From the IMG/VR virus record IMGVR_UViG_3300031555_001562: a stretch of 64,000 bases of DNA; one strand, given 5' to 3'. The notes beneath the pieces are model-generated. The model made no database searches. It was not told the DNA's origin and worked only from the letters and a program-made list of their open reading frames with translations. Each line of letters begins with the position of its first letter. Position 1 is the stretch's first letter. The position numbers were made by a program, and so were the translations under genes. This document shows positions 9,270 to 16,463 of the stretch, piece after piece. Origin of the DNA: a virus. Its lineage: Duplodnaviria; Caudoviricetes.

Positions 9270-9825
9270 GCGGCTTATGTGAACCATCCTTCTAACTATA
9301 TACAGACTCTGCCGATTGAGTGAATCGGCTCCATACAAGATAAGGTTCAGAAATTTCCGCAATTTACAGTGACTACTATATAGAGGGCTGGAATATATTT
9401 TGATTTCAGTCGCTTCAGGTGCAGACGAAGTGTAGTGCTGCGCAGCTTTGGTGAGCTTATCGCCAGTATTGAATCATTTCAATAAAACTTTGATACTCGC
9501 TATCAAAATCTTTATACATACTTGGTTAAGCCAGATTGTAGGCTCCATTTTGAAGAAAGTAGTGCATGCGATAATCAAGGCCATAATCGATCTGCGTTCA
9601 ATACGTGAATTCCGTAATTCAACAATTCGAAATATCAATAACTCAATAATCGTTTCGCCAACATGATGGATCAAATATTTGGGTCAGTTAATGAAATTCT
9701 TAATAGATAACAATGCAAAAGAGGAATGATCTCTTCTGGATTAATGCAATTCGGATTTGGTCATCGATTTTTGATTAAATTGATTGGGTTGATTTGATAT
9801 TTCAGTCTTCTATATAGTAGTCACT
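9270..9825 (+). ncRNA. Candidate large structured ncRNA
   Basis: Multi-stem 5' domain (GCGG/CCGC, TGAACC/GGTTCA, GCCGATT/AATCGGC); 28-bp stem 9369-9396/9797-9824 whose only non-Watson-Crick pairs are three G-U; several internal hairpins. Confidence 0.65.
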
Positions 9826-9834
9826 TTTACATAT

Positions 9835-9921
9835 GGGCGAGTAGAGTGTAATTGGTATCACCCCGGACTGTAAATCCGGTGCTTTTAGCCACTGTAGGTT
9901 CAAGTCCTACCTCGCTCACCA
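9835..9921 (+). tRNA. tRNA-Tyr(GTA)
   Basis: GGGCGAG/CTCGCTC acceptor, CCGGA-CTGTAAA-TCCGG, long variable arm, CCA. Confidence 0.92.
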
Positions 9922-9925
9922 ATAT

Positions 9926-10001
9926 GGGTGGGTGGCGTACATGGTTGGCGCACCGGACTGAAAATCCGAGGACGTTGGTTCGATTCCAACCCCTCCCACC
10001 A
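9926..10001 (+). tRNA. tRNA-Phe(GAA)
   Basis: Cloverleaf, CTGAAAA loop, GTTCGATT T-arm, CCA. Confidence 0.9.
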
Positions 10002-10005
10002 ATAC

Positions 10006-10080
10006 GGCTCGTTGGTATAACGGTTATTATACCGGACTGTCTCTCCGGTGACATGGGTTCGACTCCCATACGGGTCGCCA
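10006..10080 (+). tRNA. tRNA-Asp(GTC)
   Basis: CCGGA-CTGTCTC-TCCGG, G73, CCA. Confidence 0.9.
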
Positions 10081-10083
10081 CAT

Positions 10084-10158
10084 GCAAGTGTACCCAAGTG
10101 GTTAGGGGCAGCACTGATAATGCTGTAGACGTGAGTTCAAATCTCTCCGCTTGCACCA
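10084..10158 (+). tRNA. tRNA-Ile(GAT)
   Basis: CAGCA-CTGATAA-TGCTG, CCA. Confidence 0.9.
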
Positions 10159-10257
10159 TACAGAGTTGCATAACTCTTACTTTTTTGGTTCTTCGGTAAA
10201 CCTGAAACCGATCTTGGAGACAAGGAGGAGTCTGCATAGATTCCTCATATCTGATAT

Positions 10258-10333
10258 GGCTCCTTAGCTCAGTCGGTAGAGCAACGGCCTGTTAAGCCGT
10301 GGGGCGAAGGTTCGAGTCCTTCAGGAGCCGCCA
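10258..10333 (+). tRNA. tRNA-Asn(GTT)
   Basis: ACGGC-CTGTTAA-GCCGT, GGCTCCT/AGGAGCC, CCA. Confidence 0.95.
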
Positions 10334-10346
10334 AATAATTCTCTAT

Positions 10347-10424
10347 GGGGCAGTAGACGAATTGGATAGAGTCACCAGCCTTTCACGCTGGAATTTGTGG
10401 GTTCGATCCCCATCTGCCTCACCA
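10347..10424 (+). tRNA. tRNA-Glu(TTC)
   Basis: CCAGC-CTTTCAC-GCTGG, CCA. Confidence 0.92.
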
Positions 10425-10431
10425 AATATAT

Positions 10432-10507
10432 GCCGATATAGCTCAATTGGCAGAGCAACTGATTTGTAATCAGTAGGTTGGGGGTTCAAGTCCGTCTATC
10501 GGCTCCA
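10432..10507 (+). tRNA. tRNA-Thr(TGT)
   Basis: ACTGA-TTTGTAA-TCAGT, GCCGATA/TATCGGC, CCA. Confidence 0.95.
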
Positions 10508-10513
10508 ACTGAT

Positions 10514-10589
10514 GCGGACATAGCTCAATTGGTAGAGCATCTGATTGCCATTCAGAAGGTTGCGAGTTCAAGCCTCGTTGTTCGCTCCA
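10514..10589 (+). tRNA. tRNA-Gly(GCC)
   Basis: TCTGA-TTGCCAT-TCAGA, U73, CCA. Confidence 0.93.
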
Positions 10590-10624
10590 ACAACAAAAAA
10601 ATACACCAAAGGAAGTTTAGATAT

Positions 10625-10795
10625 ATGAAGCAGATCACTAAAGAAGAAATGGAACGGTTACTGAGCAAGGGAATTGTTCGGAACTCCCACAAGGGTTTCG
10701 TTGACAAGAAGGGATTCACTGTTGGATTCTACCGCACTCGTAACAAACGATATATTGAGGATAAATACGTAGGTATTGCAAGAAAGCTTTCTTGA
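10625..10795 (+). CDS. Small basic hypothetical protein (56 aa)
   Basis: ATG after AAGGAAG, downstream of the tRNA array. Confidence 0.6.
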   Translation: MKQITKEEMERLLSKGIVRNSHKGFVDKKGFTVGFYRTRNKRYIEDKYVGIARKLS

Positions 10796-10813
10796 TAAGT
10801 AGGGCTGTGGCGT

Positions 10814-12256
10814 ATGAGCAAGAAAAAGTTAAAAGGCGACGGCATCTTCTTTACCGGAAAAGCTTCCGAAGAGGTCACTGGATCTCAGTACCTGGTACGT
10901 TTTGGAGATTATCAGATCTTGCTGGAATGCGGATTGCACCAATCCAAAAGTAACAGCTATCTTGATTCTTACAAGATAAACTCCGAAAAATTTCAATTCA
11001 AACCGTCTGAAATTGATTTCTTGTTTGTAGCCCATCCTCATATCGACCATTGCGGCCTTATTCCAAAACTTGTGAAAGAGGGATTCCGTGGCAAGATCAT
11101 TGCAACACAAAATACCGCCACGATCATGAAACCACTTTTGCTAAATTCATGCTACATCCTAAGTGATGAGGCACGTCTTCTTTCGAAGCGATATAAAAGA
11201 GAATACAAGCCTTTATACGAAGAATCAGATGTTCATACTGCCTTGCGGTTAGTCAATGCTTACTGCGAGTACAATACAGTATATCAGCTAAATGAAACGA
11301 TCAGTTTCCAGTGGCTGAAGAACTCCCATTGTGTTGGTGCTGCGCAGTTGCAGCTTATCATGAGCGACAAGGGAAAAACGAGAAAAATCCTGTACACATC
11401 TGATATTGGCGCTCTACATACAAATAATCATTATTTGACGGATACTGAGATTCCTGCAATGTTTAACGATGTTGTTATCATGGAATCTACATATGGCGAG
11501 TCTAGACGAGATACAAAGAAAACCAGAGGCTTTGATGTTGAACACCTAAGAGTTTCAATTAACACCGTTCTTGAAAGGGGCGGCAGCGCAATTCTGCCAT
11601 GCTTCAGCTTTAGCAGAACGCAGGAGCTACTGACTACTTTGTATGATATCTATGGCTCAGACGAAAATTTCGCTACGCAGATCATTGTTGACTCAAAGCT
11701 GAGTTGCGACATTAGCAAGCTGTACTCATCTGTATTGGATGGGAAAGACCTTGAAATGTGGGAATCAGTATACAATTGGCAGAATGTCAAGTTTATATCC
11801 GAGAAAACTGACTCACAGCATTGTGTTGCCGATCCTACACCAAAGATTGTAATCTCTTCTTCTGGTTTCTGTACAAACGGAAGAATTGTGAATTACTTGA
11901 AACAATATTTGAAAGATCCGAACAGTATGGTGATCTTCTCCGGTTACACTGGCGATAATCCAACATACTTGTCATATAGAATCAAGAATTACAGAGAACA
12001 TAAATTCATCAGCATTAACAAAGAGCAAATTGCCAACAAAGCAGATTGTATTACTCTTTCAACCTTCAGTAGTCATGCAAATCACAGTGACCTAATCAGG
12101 TATGGTAGTTCACTGAATACAAACAAGGTGATCCTTGTGCATGGTTCTGCTGAGGGCAAAAAGTGTTTGTCCGAAAAGTTAAAAGAAGCAATCTCCAAAA
12201 ATGACAAGACATATCGTGTTATGTCTGCTTTCCGTGGCATGATTGTTCATTTATAA
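10814..12256 (+). CDS. MBL-fold beta-CASP ribonuclease (YSH1/CPSF73-like)
   Basis: HPHIDH, SHCVG, YTSDIG, MESTYG, RTQE, FSSHA and LVHG motifs. Confidence 0.9.
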   Translation: MSKKKLKGDGIFFTGKASEEVTGSQYLVRFGDYQILLECGLHQSKSNSYLDSYKINSEKFQFKPSEIDFLFVAHPHIDHCGLIPKLVKEGFRGKIIATQNTATIMKPLLLNSCYILSDEARLLSKRYKREYKPLYEESDVHTALRLVNAYCEYNTVYQLNETISFQWLKNSHCVGAAQLQLIMSDKGKTRKILYTSDIGALHTNNHYLTDTEIPAMFNDVVIMESTYGESRRDTKKTRGFDVEHLRVSINTVLERGGSAILPCFSFSRTQELLTTLYDIYGSDENFATQIIVDSKLSCDISKLYSSVLDGKDLEMWESVYNWQNVKFISEKTDSQHCVADPTPKIVISSSGFCTNGRIVNYLKQYLKDPNSMVIFSGYTGDNPTYLSYRIKNYREHKFISINKEQIANKADCITLSTFSSHANHSDLIRYGSSLNTNKVILVHGSAEGKKCLSEKLKEAISKNDKTYRVMSAFRGMIVHL

Positions 12257-12267
12257 GGAGAAGGCTT

Positions 12268-12879
12268 ATGGAAAACGAAATGGTTGGCGAGAACATTAAT
12301 TATTGTCTCGAAGACATTTTTACCCTGGAAGATATCGAGAATAGAAGAATCTATTTGAACTGCGACATTGACTCAAAAGCAGCAGAACACGCCGTTTACT
12401 ATATTCTTCGCTATAACAGAATGGATATCGGCAAACCAGTTGAAGAGCGTAAGCCGATCACGATCTATCTCAATTCTAAGGGTGGCTCTGTTACGGCTGG
12501 ATTTGCTATCATTGATGCAATGATTCATAGCAAAACTCCTGTTCATACCGTAAATCTTGCAGAATGCTACAGCATGGGTTTCCTTATTTTCATTGCCGGC
12601 GAAAAACGCTATGCAATGCCTAGCTCCACATATTTGTGTCATGACGGAAGTTCATATGCCTATGACTCAATGGGCAAATTGAAAGATCGCATGGAATTTG
12701 AGCTTGGTCAGATGGAAGAGCGTACCAAGAAGTATGTTGTTTCAAGAACAAACATTACAGAAAAGATGTATGTGAAGAACTACAGAAAAGAGTGGTACTT
12801 CTATCCTGAAGAAGCAAAGAATCTTGGTGTGGTAACTCACATTGTAGGAATCGACTGCGATATTGATGAAATTCTGTAA
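12268..12879 (+). CDS. clpP: ClpP-like serine protease
   Basis: YLNSKGGSV, CYSMG (catalytic Ser), GEKR, HDG (His), EEAKNLG. Confidence 0.82.
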   Translation: MENEMVGENINYCLEDIFTLEDIENRRIYLNCDIDSKAAEHAVYYILRYNRMDIGKPVEERKPITIYLNSKGGSVTAGFAIIDAMIHSKTPVHTVNLAECYSMGFLIFIAGEKRYAMPSSTYLCHDGSSYAYDSMGKLKDRMEFELGQMEERTKKYVVSRTNITEKMYVKNYRKEWYFYPEEAKNLGVVTHIVGIDCDIDEIL

Positions 12880-12906
12880 TTCTCTGTATTCGGAAAGGTA
12901 CAAAGA

Positions 12907-14127
12907 ATGATAGAAGATTTGAGAAAGAAAATCGAGGAATATGGTTTAACAACTGACGAATATGAGGCATGTCTGGCCGATGCATATGCAAAGGCAAACA
13001 GAACGATTGATCTGGATTGGCAGGAAATCATCGATAAGTATGGCCTGGATATTCATTATGATACTCTGAGAAAAGCAACGCAAACCATCTTTGGCGGAGC
13101 ATTTGTTGCAGAGTATTATAAAGCAAAGCAAAGTCAGAACAAGACTTCATATCTCGATGATCTTCGTGCTGAAAAGCAAGAAGTGAGAAAAGAAAAGCAA
13201 AAGCTATTCGATGAGCGTGTCGCACTGAATAAGCTTCTGCGTGAACAAGGCAGAATGGAATCAATGTACGATATTGTCAAAAGAGCAATTGACGATTATC
13301 GCCCTGTTCATTTTGGCTATACTCCAACACAAATTGAAGATAGCGATAATGATCTGATTATTCATTTGACTGATGTTCACTGTGGTGTTGACATTGATTC
13401 ACCGTTTAATCAGTTCAATACTGATGTTTTGAGCCAGAGACTGAAAAATTATCTGGACGAGATCTTTGAGATCAGAAATACATACAAGTCACAGAATGCA
13501 TACCTGATTCTTGGCGGAGACTTGATTCACGGTATTATTCACCTTAATGCCAGAATCGAGGCTAAGGAAAATATGGTCATGCAGATCATGAAAGTAACTG
13601 ACCTAATCAGTAATTTCATTTATGAACTGAGCAAAATGTTCCAGAATGTAGAAGTACATACTACGGCAGGAAATCATGCTCGTTCTACTGCAAACAAAGA
13701 GGAATCACCGAGAGGCGAGAACTTTGACCTACTTGTTCCCTATGCATGCAGAAAAGACCTCCAGAATGTCAGTAACGTGCAAATCGTTGATAACTATCTG
13801 GGATATGATATCGCTACTTTCAAAGTGCGTGGTCATATGGTTTATGCAACTCATGGAGACAAGGATACTCCACATAACGTTGTTTACAACATGACCAAAT
13901 TTGCTCGAAAAGCAAACTTGCCACTACCTGATATTTGTTATCTGGGTCATCGGCATACCAATGGACTAACGACTGTTGATGATGTAAAAATCATTGAAAG
14001 CGGATGTGTCGATGGAATGGACTCATTTTCAATTGATAAGAGACTTGTCGGCACTCCTGAGCAGACTGTCGTGGTTGTCACCGAGAAGCGTCGTATCAAG
14101 GCATTGTGCGATGTTCAAATTGATTGA
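12907..14127 (+). CDS. Calcineurin-like metallophosphoesterase with N-terminal helical region
   Basis: DVH, GGDLIHG, GNH, HGD and GHRH motifs. Confidence 0.85.
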   Translation: MIEDLRKKIEEYGLTTDEYEACLADAYAKANRTIDLDWQEIIDKYGLDIHYDTLRKATQTIFGGAFVAEYYKAKQSQNKTSYLDDLRAEKQEVRKEKQKLFDERVALNKLLREQGRMESMYDIVKRAIDDYRPVHFGYTPTQIEDSDNDLIIHLTDVHCGVDIDSPFNQFNTDVLSQRLKNYLDEIFEIRNTYKSQNAYLILGGDLIHGIIHLNARIEAKENMVMQIMKVTDLISNFIYELSKMFQNVEVHTTAGNHARSTANKEESPRGENFDLLVPYACRKDLQNVSNVQIVDNYLGYDIATFKVRGHMVYATHGDKDTPHNVVYNMTKFARKANLPLPDICYLGHRHTNGLTTVDDVKIIESGCVDGMDSFSIDKRLVGTPEQTVVVVTEKRRIKALCDVQID

Positions 14128-14156
14128 AATTATTAGTTGAAATTGAGGAATATAAT

Positions 14157-14435
14157 ATGACGAAGAACGAATTGATTACAAATATTGCAGCAAAAACCGG
14201 GCTATCAAAGATGGCATGCGAATCAGTTGTCGATGCCTTTTCTGATGAGATTAAGGATTGCCTGGTCAGAGGCGATAAGATCCTGCTAAAAGGATTTATG
14301 AGTTTCGAGGTAATCGAACGAGCAGAGCGTGAGGGTAAAAATCTGAATACCGGCGCTCCTATTACATACCCATCCGTCAAGTCCATCAAGTGCAAAGTAA
14401 GCAAGGCATTCAAGGACGCCGTTAATGAGAAATAA
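14157..14435 (+). CDS. hup: HU family DNA-binding protein
   Basis: MTKNELITNIAAKTGLSK...GFMSFEV..RAEREGKNLNTG signature. Confidence 0.9.
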   Translation: MTKNELITNIAAKTGLSKMACESVVDAFSDEIKDCLVRGDKILLKGFMSFEVIERAEREGKNLNTGAPITYPSVKSIKCKVSKAFKDAVNEK

Positions 14436-14446
14436 TGGAGGTCGCT

Positions 14447-14953
14447 ATGGAACATATTGCTTTTGCACAAATTGGAGATTTGGCTGAATATATGATTAAC
14501 AGAGTTGAGGACAAGGAATACATTGTCGCAGCTCTGTTTTTTGATAATGCCGTTGAATTGATGAGAAGTTTGCTTCTATATGATGAAGTAAGAATCGGAA
14601 CAATCGAGATTTCAGATATCGAATATGACGGCTATACAGGTGAGTACTATGTTTCACTCATGGATGATTACACTCTATGTGTTGAACGAGCCTTGTCTGA
14701 TGATAAATACCTAAGAACAGACGCAGCGCTTCTTTTGCTGGATGGTGATGTGAAATACGCCATTGTTGAAGCAAATGATGCAAGCGAGTGTGTCGAGATC
14801 GCCATTGGCGATGATGACTGCGGTGAGTGCGTGGATGCATCTGAAATGATCGACAGAATTTTTGATGCTATCAAAATGGTGTACGATCCAGAAAACCACA
14901 CTGCATCATTCGCATTTGACGGCAACGCATTGTACAACCTACTTTTCAATTAA
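14447..14953 (+). CDS. Acidic hypothetical protein
   Basis: GGAGGT RBS; ORF. Confidence 0.7.
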   Translation: MEHIAFAQIGDLAEYMINRVEDKEYIVAALFFDNAVELMRSLLLYDEVRIGTIEISDIEYDGYTGEYYVSLMDDYTLCVERALSDDKYLRTDAALLLLDGDVKYAIVEANDASECVEIAIGDDDCGECVDASEMIDRIFDAIKMVYDPENHTASFAFDGNALYNLLFN

Positions 14954-14990
14954 AAAATATGCCCTCTCTTCCACAGGGAGGGCTTCATAT

Positions 14991-15065
14991 TGCGGAGTGG
15001 AGCAGCGGTAGCTCACCGGCCCCATAAGCCGTTGGTCGCCAGTTCGAATCTGGCCTCCGCAACCA
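14991..15065 (+). tRNA. tRNA-Met(CAT), initiator-like and atypical
   Basis: TGCGGAG/CTCCGCA, GAGC/GCTC D-stem, loop CCCATAA, TTCGAAT, CCA. Confidence 0.88.
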
Positions 15066-15076
15066 AGGAGAATTTA

Positions 15077-15355
15077 ATGGATCCAGTAAAAGAATTCATT
15101 GATAGAAGATTTAAGGCAGATTGCAATTGGCTCAATGGAAATTGCTATTATTTTGCCTTAATACTGAGTGATAGATTTCCTGGTGGAACGGTATATTATG
15201 ATGTGATTTATGGTCATTTCATATATTCCTACAAAGGAAAGTATTATGATTGGTCTGGCGAAATGAAACCGGATGGATATCTGGTAGAATGGGCTAGATT
15301 TGATGAATATGACTCATTGCAAAAGAAACATATTATCGAGGGCTGCTTAATGTAG
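15077..15355 (+). CDS. Hypothetical protein (92 aa)
   Basis: AAGGAG before ATG 15077; GNCYYFA..H..YYDW motif. Confidence 0.7.
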   Translation: MDPVKEFIDRRFKADCNWLNGNCYYFALILSDRFPGGTVYYDVIYGHFIYSYKGKYYDWSGEMKPDGYLVEWARFDEYDSLQKKHIIEGCLM

Positions 15356-15372
15356 CTCTCGTTTACATATAT

Positions 15373-15464
15373 GGCAGGTTAACTGCGACGGCTCGCAGCT
15401 CCGTCTTGAAAACGGTTGGTACGGCTAGTAACCGTATGGGGGTCGGCACCTCAGCCTGTCGCCA
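15373..15464 (+). tRNA. tRNA-Ser(TGA) with non-canonical 8/4 fold
   Basis: 8-bp acceptor GGCAGGTT/AGCCTGTC, 6-bp D-stem CTGCGA/TCGCAG, loop CTTGAAA, V-arm GTACGG/CCGTAT, 4-bp T-stem GGGG/CCTC, G73-CCA. Confidence 0.8.
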
Positions 15465-15551
15465 GATCATACTCCGGATACCTACGGGTTCCGGGGTTTT
15501 ATATTTTAGTTGATAACGATCTATTAGTTGTAAATAGAAAGAGGTGGCATA

Positions 15552-16463
15552 ATGCCAAAAGACAATTCAAAAGCAAATGTGCAGAAATGCTGCCGTTGCA
15601 ACGAGACGTTTGATCTAGATGTAGGATTTTTCAAATCAAATAGTGAATTGTATAGTGGAACACAAAGACTTCCTATATGCAAGACTTGTTTGGGCGAGAT
15701 GTTCGATGAATACACCGTGAAATACAATAGCCAAAAAATCGCTATGCAACGTATTTGTATGGCATTTGATTTGTATTACAGTGAATCGGTGTTTGACACA
15801 TGTAGCGGAGATCCAAGCACTGCACTTGGAAACTATATCAAACGGTTAAACATGGCTCAAATCAGTAAAAAGAAAAAGACATTCGACACAACTCTTCAAG
15901 AAGGTTTCGTTTTCATGAAAGAAACCAAGAAGAAAGATGTTGAAAAGAATAATTTCAAGGAAGAGCCAAAAGTTAATCCAAAAGATGTTGAAACGTGGGG
16001 CGATGGTCTATCAGCCGCCGACTATGATACCCTGAACAGGCACTATAAGTTCTTGAAACAGGCGAATCCAAATTGCGATAGCAATCAGGATATCTTCATT
16101 GAAGATCTATGTTACATCAAGATGCAACAGATGAAAGCTATTCGTGAAGGCCGAGCTGATGATTACAGCAAAATGGCAGAGCAGTACAGAAAGTCGTTCT
16201 CTCAGGCTGGTTTGAAAACCACACGTGATGCAACTGAAACTGAATCGTTTACTGTTGGTGTAAACATTGAAACAATAGAAAAATACACTCCTGCCGAGTA
16301 TTACAAAAATAGAAGTCTGCATAAGGATCATGACAATATTGGTGATTATATGGAAAGATTCTGCTTGAGACCATTGCGGAATTTGATGTATGGAACCACC
16401 GACAGAGATCATGAGTTCTTTGTCAAAGATGAGGAAGATGTCAATGAGTTTACAGACGAATGA
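15552..16463 (+). CDS. Putative terminase small subunit with N-terminal Zn finger
   Basis: Directly upstream of and overlapping TerL; CCRC and CKTC motifs. Confidence 0.6.
   Translation: MPKDNSKANVQKCCRCNETFDLDVGFFKSNSELYSGTQRLPICKTCLGEMFDEYTVKYNSQKIAMQRICMAFDLYYSESVFDTCSGDPSTALGNYIKRLNMAQISKKKKTFDTTLQEGFVFMKETKKKDVEKNNFKEEPKVNPKDVETWGDGLSAADYDTLNRHYKFLKQANPNCDSNQDIFIEDLCYIKMQQMKAIREGRADDYSKMAEQYRKSFSQAGLKTTRDATETESFTVGVNIETIEKYTPAEYYKNRSLHKDHDNIGDYMERFCLRPLRNLMYGTTDRDHEFFVKDEEDVNEFTDE

Noticed and set aside
9448-9674. Two short overlapping ORFs in the candidate ncRNA
   Set aside because: No RBS, low-complexity translation, and enclosed by an RNA stem
9827-10624. ORFs overlapping the tRNA array
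   Set aside because: They are translations of tRNA genes
15373-15464. Selenocysteine tRNA
   Set aside because: Anticodon is TGA (Ser), not TCA, and no sel genes are present
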